64,000 nt of DNA from Lama guanicoe (taxonomy: Eukaryota): NCBI GenBank assembly GCA_013239625.1, contig MU053652.1, positions 3,585,902 through 3,649,901 of the forward strand. The letters are read 5' to 3'. The notes below the pieces were generated by a model, which was not told where the DNA came from, ran no database searches, and saw only the letters and a list, made by a program, of their open reading frames with translations. This document shows positions 1 to 12,264 of this stretch, piece by piece; positions within the stretch are counted from its first letter, which is position 1; each line of letters starts with the position of its first letter. The position numbers and the translations under genes are program-made.

Positions 1-229
1 TGATGTTGGAATGTTTTCAAAATCCCATTATCCCTTATAAAAATATAGAAATTTCCTTGATCTTCATTCATGTTTTATCTTTTATTTTTCCCCTGTGCTC
101 TGTAAAACAAGAGCTCTATAGATAAAAGAAAAAGCTGAGTGTTGAACATTAGAGATCAGTAAATGTTTTAGGACATTTTCCCAAGCACACATTCATGGAT
201 GACCTTGATGTTCTTGGTCTATTTAAGGC

Positions 230-1016
230 ATATAGGAGAGGCTGTGGAGAAAAGGGAACCCTCCTACACTGCTGGTGGGAATGCAGTTTGGTGCAGCCAC
301 TGTGGAAAGCAGTATGGAGATTCCTCAATCTCCATAGGAATGGACTTACCATATGACCCAGTAATCCCACTCCTGGGCATATATCCAGAAGGAACCCTAC
401 TTCAGAAAGACACCTGCACCTCAATGTTCATAGCAGCATTATTTACAATAGCCAAGACATGGAAACAGCCTAAATGTCCATCAGCAGATGACTGGATAAA
501 GAAGATGTGGTATATTTATACAATGGAATACTATTCAGCCATAAAAACCAACAACATAACGCCATTTGCAGCAACATGGATGTTCCTGGAGAATGTCATT
601 CTAAGTAAAGTAAGCCAGAAAGAGAAAGAAAAATACTATGAAATCACACATATGTGGATTCTAAAAAAAAGAAAGAAGAAGAACATAAATACAAAACAGA
701 AACAGAATCATAGACATAGAATACAAACTTGTGGTTGCCAAGGGGTAGGGGGTGGAAAAGGATAGACTGGGAGTTCAAAATTTGTAGATACTGACAGGCA
801 TATGTAGACTAGATAAACAAGATTATACCGTATAGCACAGGGAAATATATACAAGATCTTGTGGTAGCTCACAGCAAAAAAAAAAAATGTGACAATGAAT
901 ATATGTATGTTCATGTATAACTGAAAAATCATGCTCTACACTGGAATTTGACACATTGTAAAATGACTATAACTCAATTAAAAATGTTTAAAATAAAATA
1001 AAATACTAAAAAAAAG
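230..1016 (+). mobile_element. 5'-truncated L1 LINE (ORF2 C-terminus, 3'UTR, A-tail) in a ZC3HC1 intron
   Basis: ORF 199-765 contains [20 protein letters not shown]...[18 protein letters not shown], the L1 ORF2 C-terminal motif; A-rich tail at ~980-1016. Confidence 0.93.
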
Positions 1017-1544
1017 AGTATATACTACATGCACACATTAGTATATAGCAGTCAAATTTTGAGGTGGGAGGAATAATGGATATTATTAGTTTTACTGACT
1101 TTCTTCTTCAGAAGGTAAAAGTAGATGTGATACAGTGGTAGAGCATAGATGAGAGAGAAAATATTTCTGCTTGTTTGACTTCCACCATTCCTTGTTGCTC
1201 ACACATATCCCAGTGCTTTCCCTAGTGTTTTAAAATCCCTAGTATTTCACATTAAGCAAAAGTGAATCACTTCTATACCCTACCCCACAACCAGTAATTT
1301 TTTAAAAAATTTTAAACATATGAAATACATAGGACTTCCTAGTGAAAAAGTTCACAACTGTTTTCCCTCCACTTGTTACTCAAATGACCATCATTCTGTG
1401 AAGCATGTGCCTATGATTAAAAATAGTTAACACTTTTCATATTGCTTTTCCTCTTAAGTTAATGTGTTTATTCCTATATACGTGAAGAATAACTTAAAGT
1501 TTTGATTTCTGACCTGTTCATTTTAATGTACTTGGCGGTGTTGA

Positions 1545-1562
1545 TTTTCTTAACATGAATAC
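1545..1562 (+). other. ZC3HC1: U12-type branch site and AC 3' splice site (AT-AC minor intron end)
   Basis: TTTTCTTAAC (1545-1554) resembles the U12 branch consensus TTCCTTAAC. It is followed 8 nt later by ...AC|exon. There is no AG dinucleotide in 1500-1562. Confidence 0.88.
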
Positions 1563-1713
1563 TCTTTAAAATGGGCGGGTAAGCCCCCTGAGCTGTCCCC
1601 TCTTGTCTGTGCAAAATACGGCTGGGTCACAGTTGAGTGTGATATGCTGAAGTGCTCCAGCTGTCAGGCTTTTCTCTGTGCCAGCTTACAGCCAGCTTTT
1701 GATTTTGACCGAT
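1563..1713 (+). CDS. ZC3HC1: ZC3HC1/NIPA coding exon (human exon 3 equivalent), C3HC zinc-finger region
   Basis: Translates SLKWAGKPPELSPLVCAKYGWVTVECDMLKCSSCQAFLCASLQPAFDFDR, matching NIPA as I recall it. Ends at GTAAGT donor (1714). Preceded by AC (1561-1562) rather than AG, with a U12-type branch site. Confidence 0.95.
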
Positions 1714-2252
1714 GTAAGTATAAAGTACGAATTACATTTTTCTCCATATTCAAAAGATCTCTATACTAGTTCTTCTGAAAAGACCAGTCACTTGTGTTTG
1801 ATCAAAGATTGTGTACTTCTATAAATAAGCAGTGAATTTGTGATTGCCTTCACTCTAATTATTAGCTTCAGTCATTACTTTTTTAAAAAAGCTTAGCTGC
1901 TTTTACAGTAAACCTGTTTATGTGTTCTGGGAAAATAACAGCAGGGTGTTTTGCTTTATGATTCCGAAATCTATGCTGAGGCAGAGAGACACAGGACTTT
2001 AATGAAGGCTCACACTTTGGAATACCCTGCCTTACATGATACGTGATATCTCCTCTGTTACTGATCTTCGAATCTTGATTTAGAACTTGTTTGGTGAAAA
2101 ACACTAAGTTGATGCAGTTGCTGATATTTTTGTATCGTTTAAAATTCTCTTAGTTATTTTTATTTTTAGTACTGTACTCTTAGAGACTCTTGGCCACTGT
2201 ATTTTGAATCTATATAGTGTTTTTAAGGCATTGCTACCTATGTGGGTTTCAG

Positions 2253-2336
2253 ATAAGGAACGATGTGCTGAGCTGAAGAAAGCCTTGTGTAGTGCCCATG
2301 AGAAGTTCTGTTTCTGGCCAGACAGTCCCTCTCCAG
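2253..2336 (+). CDS. ZC3HC1: ZC3HC1 coding exon (exon 4 equivalent)
   Basis: tttcAG acceptor; (Y)KERCAELKKALCSAHEKFCFWPDSPSP; GTAC donor at 2337; phase consistent with neighbouring exons. Confidence 0.96.
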
Positions 2337-2764
2337 GTACTTATACATTCCAAGATTTCCCGTTTACCATCTCTTCTTTGTCACTGCATTTCTAATATTG
2401 TCTGGGTTTTTTGTTTTTTGTTTGTGAAAATCCAGTCTTTGAAGTTTCTTTTTCTTCATTTCTATTTGTGCTTTTTAAGAACTAACATTCACTCACCTAT
2501 TGTGTTATTACTTTATTAAGTGCGTTTGACATGCCAAAGGCTCAGCCATGCATATATTATCCAGTTTAATCTTCACAGGGGTCCTGGGAGGTAGATATTA
2601 CCAACCCAGTTTTTTTAGGTGAGGAAATTAAGACTCAGAAATCTTAAAACCAACTAGTGAGGAGCCATAACTATGGTTTTGTCTGATTTCAAACCCTCTG
2701 CTTTTCCCACCACAGCAAGCAGCTGCGTATTCTCCCCAGGCTTCCTGGTACATGAGTGGCACTA

Positions 2765-3305
2765 ATAGTGGCAGTTAAACAGGGTTCAGTTGCTAAAGAG
2801 GACCCCAAATGAGAGTGATTACAAGTCTACAGTTTATTATAGTAAAACAGCATAATATGTCAGTAGCATTGAAGTAAAGATATCACAGCCAAAGACTACC
2901 CCACGGCAAAGGGTCTGGAGAGGCCAGGCGCAGGCTCCTGTGTAAGGGCTGTGGCTGTATGCATTCTCTCTTGAATCGCGAACCACTGGTGTGCCCACAA
3001 AACGCTTCAGAACAAGAGAGCCTCAAATGTAGTCTCCAGTGAGATTTGTTTATGTTTTGCTGGTCTCATAGGCATGTTCCTGCTGAGTAACCAGCCTCAA
3101 CAGCAGAGCCCTCTGGGGGGCTCAACCAAGAACAGGCGCAAAACCCTTTGGATCTATGGTTACAAAGCAGCATAGTTAATCCATATATTCCATGCTTGAC
3201 CAGAACTCTGTGCCATGTGGGTATGTTCTTTATTTCAGCAAGGCAGCTCAGGCTAATTCCAGGGTCACTGATGCCCAGGAATATTCCATGAATAACCACC
3301 AAGAG
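2765..3305. mobile_element. Possible old LTR remnant (MER21-like)
   Basis: Segment gggtctggagaggccaggcgcagg and the overall composition resemble MER21-type LTRs; assigned by eye only. Confidence 0.3.
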
Positions 3306-6115
3306 GAAAAACTAGATTGAAAGTGGTCGTAGAGTGCCATCTACTGATAAATGAAGAGACGGCAGAGAAGGAATTAAATAAAATTTTTAAAGTGAAGGGG
3401 ACTGTATAACAAGGATTTCCTGCTGTTGGCCTAGCTATTTCACTGTATAGTGCAACACAACTCAGTCCTATGAGGATGTGCATCTGTCTCTGTCCAGTAC
3501 ACTCAGGACAGAGATTCTCTGTCTGCTTAGGCCTCTGTTGGTGGTTCCCAGCTCTTGTTACTATATCCTGCACTTCCTTGATTCTGTTCATACCTCAGCT
3601 ACCACCTACTTGCAGACTCCTAACTTCTATCCAGACCGCTCTTTTGAGCTTGACCCATATTTTCAACTACCTTCTAAACATTTCCACTTAATGTCTTGCA
3701 AGTACCTAGAACTCAGAATATACAAAACTGATTTCTTCATCTTATGCTTAAAACTTTATTCATTTCTTATGTTGTCTCCATCTTGGTAAATGGTACTGAC
3801 CTCCCCCTCCGGTTGTCCTAGCCCAGCACCTGGAAGTCACCTTAGATGCTCTTGCATTCATCACCAGCTAGCCCTATCCATTCTGCCTGCTACACAGATC
3901 TCACCTATGACCTCTAATTATATCTTCCCTTGATTTGGTTTTCTAACATTCAGGAGACTTTCGTGTGGAGAAAGGAACACCCATGACTATTTATACTTTA
4001 ATCTTGCATTTATTAAGCATATCTAATGAAATTGTGAAGGTAATTTTTTCCCTAACATTTATCAAAAATTAAAAACTAAGTTAAATCCCTGTAAACATTT
4101 TAAATTGTAATTACTGATTTATGAGGATGGATTATTTTGATTATTTTAGGACTAATTTGATTAGGTCAAATACTTCAAAGTAGAAAAAATATACACGTAC
4201 GTTAATTGTAAAACATAAACTTAACATTAAAATATTTTTGTGATGGTTTTAATTTCTTCTCTGTTCACTCTTTTACCTGCATAGGTTTTTACTGGTACTT
4301 TCTTAGAGCTGTAACAATCAAACCAAACCCCAAACTAGAAGATGGTTAGAAAGGTGTTGGTGCCTGGTTTCTTCTCCTGCGTTTTGTTAAACCAGAGGCA
4401 CTGGTAATCAGGACATGTTTTCTTTTATCGTTAAACCTCACTTGATTATTTTAAAGTGCACACATTTTTCTTATTGATTTTAGTTTTTTATAACCTGACT
4501 TTTCTAGTAAAATGATGCATTTTTTAAAATTAATGATGTGTTTTGACTCATTTGGTTACTTGCAACAATTTTAAATAATTTGATAAACTCTTGAGGAATA
4601 TTTTGTTGCCCTTGAATATCGAAAGTGTCTATATTTTATTTTTAACTTTTAAATAATTTCTAAAATTTTGGATTTGTTTCAAGTATAGAAAAAATTGTAG
4701 GTAATAATAGAAAGCATGTCTGCATCTACCACCCGCCCCACCTAGTCCTAACGTTTTGCCATCCTTACTTCAAAACCACCCCACCCTGCTTTCTCTCCGT
4801 TAATCAGTCAGAATTACAGATACAGCTGTGTAATCCTTCCCAATGTCATTCCCTGCTTCCCTAACCTGCAGTCACTACTATCCTGAATTTGATGTTTATG
4901 ATTTGCTTACATGGTTTCTATGTCAACACCGTTCACGTGTATCTATAAGCAATATATACAACACTATTTACTTGTTTTAAAGTTTTCTGTATATGTTATC
5001 ATTCTGTATGTATTCTACAACCTGCCTTTTGTTAGGAGGGGGTCAGCTTTTTTGAAATTAATCCGTGTTGTCACTGTAGCATGTTTGAAGCTTTATAACT
5101 AGTAGCGCCATCTAAAATTTTAATCTCCTGGCAGATGAGGGATAATGTGTACCTAGTTAACTCTCCCTTTAGGAAAGTCGGCTTATTCATTTTTAGAACC
5201 TACTGTCAGGCCCTCTTTCTGCATGATTGTTGTGTATGACTATCACTGGAACCCTTTTTACTGTTACTGTCATCACAGATGCTAATTTAATTAAGCCTTC
5301 CTATCCTTGGTACAGTTCCTACTTATTCTAATTCTGTTTAGTATATTTGCTCTTCCCTTCTCTGTTTACACAGATTTTGAGCTTTTAGAGTGTAGATTAA
5401 TATTTTTCATCAAATTTGGGAAGTTTCCGTTGGTATTTCTTCCTGCCCCTTTCCCTCTGTTTCTTCTGAATCTCCTGTTATGTAGATATCAGTGTGCTTG
5501 ATGGTATCCCATAAGTCTCTGTTCATTTTTCTTCTTTCAACATTGATGCTCCTTCTCTCCAGCCTTATTTCACTAATATCTTACAGGGAGTATTATTTTA
5601 GCTGACTTTTATGTCTGCTAAACTTATTTCTTTACATCCAGACTGACCCCTTAGTCTCTAAACTAATGCATATTATCTATAATATCACTTCCCCCTTTAA
5701 AAAAATCTTTCAGTATTTTCTCATCACATACATTAATAAAGTCATGGTCTGGCTACTGTCTATACTTTAACCTTATCTCCGACTAGGCTCCCTGTAGGCA
5801 TACTTTGCTCCAGCCCTGTGAAATTCTTTAGATTTCCCCAAATGTAATACCCTCTAGGGATTTACTTTTACACACTGTTTTTGGTTTTTCAAATTCAGCT
5901 TAGACCTGACTGCTTCTAAAAGACCTTTCCTGAGACTCTGCTTTTTAAATATAACCAAAAAAATCACCACAGCCCTACCTCCCAAAATCAGTAATTTCTT
6001 AATATTACCAAGTATCTTGTCAATTTTACATCTTCCCTATTGTTCTATAAATGCTTTTTAAAAAAATTTTTTTACGATTGCACCCATATAAGCTTCCAGT
6101 TTACCTCTTCCACAG

Positions 6116-6243
6116 ATCGATTTGGGATGTTGCCATTGGACGAGCCTGCTGTTCTTGTTAGTGAGTTTCTAGATCGTTTTCAAAGCCTTTGTCACTTGGA
6201 CCTCCAACTTCCTTCCCTGAGGCCAGAGGACTTAAAAACTATG
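6116..6243 (+). CDS. ZC3HC1: ZC3HC1 coding exon (exon 5 equivalent), F-box-like region
   Basis: cacAG acceptor; (D)RFGMLPLDEPAVLVSEFLDRFQSLCHLDLQLPSLRPEDLKTM; GTGAGT donor. Confidence 0.96.
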
Positions 6244-7251
6244 GTGAGTTTTTCTTGGCTAGCATGTAGTGGCCTTCAGTTGTCACCAGCATGAAGCATT
6301 TCTTATAATGACAAGAGGATGCAGTTATCTATGATGAGATGTACTTATTTGTCCGTGAACTGACCTTTTTCCAGTCTCCTCCACCAGAAAGATGGCTTGA
6401 GGGTTTAAGTGAATGGGTTCCATTTAAACTTTTAAATATGATATTTTAAGTGGCATAAATTCAGTTTTATCTTGACTTATTACTTAAACTATTTAACAGA
6501 AGATACTGATATATGACTTCATATGGTTTATTGCATACCATTTTCCAAAGAAAATGCTAGAGAAGTTGTTAACTGCTTTCTCCTTTGTAAATACAAATTT
6601 TGAAATGCTCTGGCCCATCTGTACTTTGAAACTGAACATTTACTGTCTGATTTCATCAGCCTGTGGGTACTCACTCTGTCAAGACAAACTTTACTGTAGG
6701 AAATAGAAGCTATTATTTTGCTTCTTCAAGTGGAGAGGCTATTACGGATTTTAGCACCAAACAATTAACCTCTGATGCCTATTATAAATGCCCCCTTGTT
6801 CCTTGCCAAGGCAATTTTTTTTCACCCTGTCATAGTTCTTTATTATTCTTAGAACAAAAGTAAAGACTGTGGCAAGCTCTTTTGTTGTGTAAATTCAGTG
6901 TCAGGTCAGGATACAAAGAGTAGTCTTTTGTCATTATTTGGGTTTGAAGTTTACAGGTTTCAGAGAAAATATGCAATTGGTAAATTGATAACAAGTCAGT
7001 AATAAGGAAAGATGTGTTAGTTCCAGGAAAACTGCCACCTTTTTCAATCAGCAGGTCCAGGGCAGTTCAGAAAGCTTCGGTGTGATACGGTAGCCTATGC
7101 TAGAATTAAGTCCTCGCCAATGAAGGGAATTGTCTTCATGTTTGTCATTTTTTTCATGATTTTTACCTTGTACCATCTAGATACATCATTATTTATTAAT
7201 TCTTTTCATGGTGGTAAAAACTTTAAGTCTTTTATCTTGATTCCTTCGTAG

Positions 7252-7406
7252 TGCTTGACAGAAGACAGAATCAGTCTTCTCCTACACCTGCTTGAAGATG
7301 AACTTGATCACCGAACTGATGAGAGAAAAATTGCAACCAAATTAGGCTCAGACATCCAAGTCCACGTCACTGCCTGCATTCTCTCTGTGTGTGGCTGGGC
7401 GTGTAG
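7252..7406 (+). CDS. ZC3HC1: ZC3HC1 coding exon (exon 6 equivalent)
   Basis: cgtAG acceptor; CLTEDRISLLLHLLEDELDHRTDERKIATKLGSDIQVHVTACILSVCGWAC; GTCAGC donor. Confidence 0.95.
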
Positions 7407-8127
7407 GTCAGCCAACTTGCCTGGGGACATGAACTGTGACAGTATTATATACCCATATACATCAGTCACTCATAGCATTTGGAGATCACATGGTGTTTCC
7501 TGTGGGAAAAACAGAGACAAAGAAAAACTGAGGGAGTGAGGGGAGGACAATAAGAATTAGCAGCAAAACCAGAACTTTGTTTCATTTACTATCACTTCTC
7601 AGCTGGGAATTTATGTTCCTATAAATAGTGAAACTTTTCTGTTTTGAGGAAGAAAAATCTGTTTAATTGATAAAAACTACCAAAGGAAGCACCAACTGGA
7701 GTTCTCTAGGCCCCATGTTGGTGTTTCTACTCCAGCTGCTCAGTTTGGCACAGACTCCCTCTGAGACAGAAGACTATCAGACCAATTTTGATTTCCTTTA
7801 AATATGCTTTTTTTTATAGATTAAGAAACATTTTTCATTTACTGGGAGAAATCTTTTAAAGGGACAGAGAAATTTATTAAATATACCTTTAAAATAGTCT
7901 TGCTGTAGAGAGCACACTAAGGCCCCCTAGATCTTTCTATAGGAAATATGTGAACAGTGAAATTGGGTCCTGAGATCAGAAGACAAGCCCTGAGAGCACG
8001 TGGTTCCAAGTCCACTGGACTGTTCCAGAGATTTCTCTGATGAAATGAAGCATACTCACAAATCACTATGCTTAGTCCCTTGGAAATGTTACCTTCTGAG
8101 AAAACTGTCTTTTCTGTTCCTACCTAG

Positions 8128-8371
8128 TTCTTCCTTGGAACCTATGCAGCTCTCCCTGATAACCTGTTCACAGTGTATGAGGAAGGTGGGGCTCTGGGGC
8201 TTCCAGCAGATTGAGTCATCCATGACCGACCTGGAGGCCTCCTTTGGCCTGACCAGCTCCCCGCTCCCAGGCTCTGAGGGCCGGCCAGAGCGCTTCTCGC
8301 TGGTGCCTGAGTCTCCTCGGAGGATGATGACCCGCAGCCAGGATGCTACATTTTCCCCAGGCTCAGAGCAG
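8128..8371 (+). CDS. ZC3HC1: ZC3HC1 coding exon (exon 7 equivalent)
   Basis: cctAG acceptor; SSLEPMQLSLITCSQCMRKVGLWGF...SQDATFSPGSEQ; GTATAG donor. Confidence 0.96.
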
Positions 8372-8733
8372 GTATAGACTGACTTGGCTTGTACGGGGTG
8401 GACATTTTAAAAAGAGCATTATCGCCAAAAGGGTTGTCGATGGAAAAGTCGGAAATTGACTTAGGTTGGTTAACTTGGGTTAAGCTTCACCTCTAACCAC
8501 ATTGATCAGAATACTACAGAGTGGTTTTATTCACTGGTTGCAATGGAGACCCTAAATTCATTATTTGGTATAGAAATCTAATATTCTTTGAAGAGTTTAG
8601 TTATATAGACAGTTCAGAAACTAAATTCTTATATTTATAAAGCCTTAGCTTTCTCATGTGTCTAGAAATATTTCTCCTAACCATAGTCATTAATGTAATG
8701 GAGCTGTTTCCATCCTTTGCCCCCTTCCTTCAG

Positions 8734-8946
8734 GCTGAAAGGAGCCCAGGTCCCATCATCTCCCGGACTCGAAGCTGGGACTCTTCCAGTCCTGTTGACC
8801 GTCCTGAGCCGGAGGCCGCTAGCCCCACCACCAGGACCCGCCCAGTGACCCGAAGCATGGGAACAGGAGACCCCACCGGCCTGGAAGTGCCATCTAGTCC
8901 TCTTCGGAGAGCCAAACGGGCTCGCCTCTGCTCTTCTAGCAGCTCA
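8734..8946 (+). CDS. ZC3HC1: ZC3HC1 coding exon (exon 8 equivalent), phospho-site/NLS region
   Basis: ttcAG acceptor; AERSPGPIISRTRSWDSSSPVDRPE...PSSPLRRAKRARLCSSSSS; GTGAGT donor; 213 nt, phase 0/0. Confidence 0.96.
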
Positions 8947-9407
8947 GTGAGTCTGCCTGCGCATGTGGAGGTCCCTGAGCACAGTGGCATGGCACAGCCT
9001 CCCCGTGCAGCACTGAGAAGCAAGCTGAGCCCGTCCCGGGTGCCATGGCTATGAGGAGGCCATATGAATAAGTTTAAAGATGGCACAGTTAGGTGACCAG
9101 AGCGGGTAAAAAATGAAGGGGTTTTGTTATTTGTTTCTTTGAGACGGATTCTGGAGATGTAATAAATTTGTCAGGCCCAGGGGACAGCAGTGAAAAGGGA
9201 GACAGACCCGATAAGGTATGGTTTAACATGAAAGGAGTGGGAGAATTTTAAAAATGAGACGGAAATACATAGGCAAAGTTTAAAGGAGAACATAAAACTA
9301 GAAACATGGGCACTGTGAGACTCTGGACTTGACAATGAACAGCAGGGCCTCCCCAAACTTACATAGTATCTGCCCTTTCCTAAATGATTTCTCTTCCTCC
9401 TCCCTAG

Positions 9408-9614
9408 GACACATCTTCCCGAAGCTTCTTTGACCCCACTTCTCAGCACAGAGACTGGTGCCCTTGGGTGAATATCACATTTGGCAAAGAAGCCAGGGAG
9501 AATGGTGGACCTGAGGTAGAGGCCAGCGCCCCAGCAGAGCCGGGCTGGAAGGCAGTGCTGAACATCCTCTTGGCCCACAAACAGTCTAACCAGCCAGCTG
9601 AAACCGACTCTATG
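9408..9614 (+). CDS. ZC3HC1: ZC3HC1 coding exon (exon 9 equivalent)
   Basis: cctAG acceptor; DTSSRSFFDPTSQHRDWCPWVNITFGKE...AETDSM; GTGAGA donor; 207 nt. Confidence 0.96.
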
Positions 9615-11819
9615 GTGAGATAAGCCATAGCCCTGATCTTGTGCAGCACCTGCTGTTTATGGGATGAGGAGCAGAAGCCTGTCCTATAATTAGCACCCTT
9701 CCTGCCCCTAGCTTTCATAAGTCAAGGTAGACTCAGTCTGGTCTCATCCTGGAGAACAGGCATGGGACTGGTTCAGTCTTTCTGCAGTTTAGCATTTGGC
9801 ATTCCACCAAATTCTGATAAATTCTTTGTCTTCTCAACTCAAACAACTCAGAGAAGAGAAGTACAGAAACAGAGATGAATAGGCAGCTGCTCTGGCCTCA
9901 TGTTGCAAAACAGCTGCTTTTTCCATCTGAGTTGCTGTCACTTGGGTTTGGAGCCTGGCCAGTTAACTTAGCTGTCTGGGCCACTGCTCTGCCACCACGA
10001 TTACAGTTTCATTCCTCATAGTGGGCACATTACTCTGCTATGTACCGCAGCCCCAGGCTGGTGCACTAAACCTCAGCCAGCCATTTGCATCAGTCACTGC
10101 TGCTTGTAACACTGGTGGGTAAATGCAAACCCATCAGGCCAGCTGAGAAAACAATTCAAGTGTTGCTCGATGGAAAGGATGGAAGTGAGAGGAGGGTGGG
10201 CATTAAGGAATCCTGAAAACTGGATTCTCTTTCCTTTGCTGGCTTATTCCCCAAATTTGCCATGTAACCTGCCTAGTGTAAATACAATCATTTTTAACCT
10301 CTGTGCCCTCCAAGGAGAAAGTAAAATAATACTTGCCAGCAGATGTTTATCAGAAGCATTCCCAGATTCATGGTTTTGGAGGCTCACAGGATTCCACTGG
10401 AGGGAGCTATAGTGACACTAAACACCCAGAATGTACATTCATATCTATAGTTAATACGCAGATGAAGGTTTTCCAAGTTTTTTGCCCCCTAAAAAACTGC
10501 ATTTTTCCAGTTTAAAAACTTGAAAATACATAAAGCTTTCTGAAGACAAATGTTTGATCCACCTTTGAAATTGGAGAGATCTCTTTGCACATGCTTTCTC
10601 TGTAGATCCTCATGAAATAGTGTACTGGCAGTTTTAATTGACTCCCCTCTGTCACTCTCATACTAACAAGAAACCCCACAGGGTTTTTTTTGTTTTTGTA
10701 GTTGTGTGTGTGGTTTTTTGGGTCTTTTTTTGGGGGGTGGGGGTGGAGTGGGAAAAGTTGGCCTCATAACTGGCCCTGGGTTCCAGGACTTTGAAGATCC
10801 TTTTTGGCAACTTGCCTTTTAACATTGCCCACAGCTGCTGTGACTGGGAAATACAAAGCTTAATGAGGTGCTGTGGTAAAGGATCTTGAAGCTAGAAAAA
10901 AGTTTATGCTGTCTTTCAACTTAAATTTCTTTTAGTTTTGTAACTGTGTTAACTAAATTGCCCTCAGTCATGAGTAAGAGTTCAACCTTTTCCCTCCTGG
11001 AACTATTTTATTGAGACATTCAGCCAGGGAGAGGATAAGAAAGCAGTGAAAATGTCATCTTACGTTAGAAAGTGGAGGGAACTTTCTCGATTATCTTGCC
11101 AGATATGTTTGTGCTCTCACTGAGGCCCTATGCTCATCACTGTGGCTTTCACGCAGAGAGAACCAAGTGTTCTGCTTCACTGAGGACGCTGATCTTGTAG
11201 GGAATTGTTTTGTCTCCCTGTAACACCATTTCTCAGAATCTTAGATCACTTCACAGGCATGGTCAAGTGGCAGTGAGATTCTTCCTATTATTAGCTCTAC
11301 TGGCTAAAACATGAAGCTGAGAAGGCCAAGGTCATAGTTTAAACTCTTAAGGGTCATTTAACTGTGTTTCATTTGTCGGCCTTGGATTATACTGTTAACA
11401 CCAGCTTGGCATCCTGCAAATGTGAATCCCTGTTCACAAGAAGTAATGAATAGGGCCAATTCAACATCACAGATGAGAAATCAGTGCAAAATTGCATGCC
11501 GCACTAATGGTGGGTCAGAAGTGACAACCTCGAATACAAAGATGAGGGCATATACAGAATCCTGGAGGGAGGACATAAGCTGTATTTAGAGTCTCTGAGT
11601 GCATTCACAGTATCTCTCACAGTAAACTTAAGCTTCTTGATTTTCTTGACTTTAGGTGTATATTATGTATGGCACAATATAAAACTAACTTGTTTTACTC
11701 ACTCCTAGACATATCTAGATCATTGTGGGAGAAATTTACAGACCACACTTTAAAGCTATCACCCATCCTTTGTCGCTATAAAATATTTAATCTCTAATAA
11801 TGAGCTTTTCTACTTACAG

Positions 11820-11888
11820 AGTCTCTCTGAGAAATCAAGGAAGATATTCCGAATATTCCGGCAATGGGAATCCTTATGCTCATCCTGA
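11820..11888 (+). CDS. ZC3HC1: ZC3HC1 terminal coding exon with stop codon
   Basis: ttacAG acceptor; SLSEKSRKIFRIFRQWESLCSS then TGA (11886-11888), matching the NIPA C-terminus. Confidence 0.96.
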   Translation, partial: SLSEKSRKIFRIFRQWESLCSS

Positions 11889-12258
11889 AGGTACTGAACC
11901 CCTGCAGAGAAGAGGAATGAGTGGCTTTGAAAAATAAAGCCTGGATTCCCTTTTGAGCAGCTGATGCTAAGGTTGTCTCCATTCTGGTTTAATCATATGG
12001 AACCCCTGCCCTTGCAGAGGCACGAGTGTCACCACCTGCATCTGACTGAGGGGAGCCTGTTTGCACACGGGCACACGGGTGGGGAGAGGTACAGCAAGCC
12101 TGGCTCTGTTAAAGGAGTGCGCGGTACAGAACTCCATAGAGGGCCCAGGACTCCTTGTGAACCTCAACGGAGGACCCAGGACTTGAGCAGTTGTAGTGTT
12201 TTTAGTGGGGGCAGTGTTTTGAGGACTCTTATATCCCAGGAATATGTCAGTATGTGTT

Positions 12259-12264
12259 AATAAA
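12259..12264 (+). terminator. ZC3HC1: Probable main polyadenylation signal of ZC3HC1 (AATAAA)
   Basis: AATAAA ~370 nt after the stop, followed by T/GT-rich sequence. A proximal AATAAA is also present at 11933-11938. Confidence 0.65.

Noticed and set aside
199..765. 188-aa ORF
   Set aside because: Decayed L1 ORF2 C-terminus, not a host gene.
8730..9578. Antisense ORFs over ZC3HC1 exons
   Set aside because: Shadow frames of real coding exons, with no independent support.
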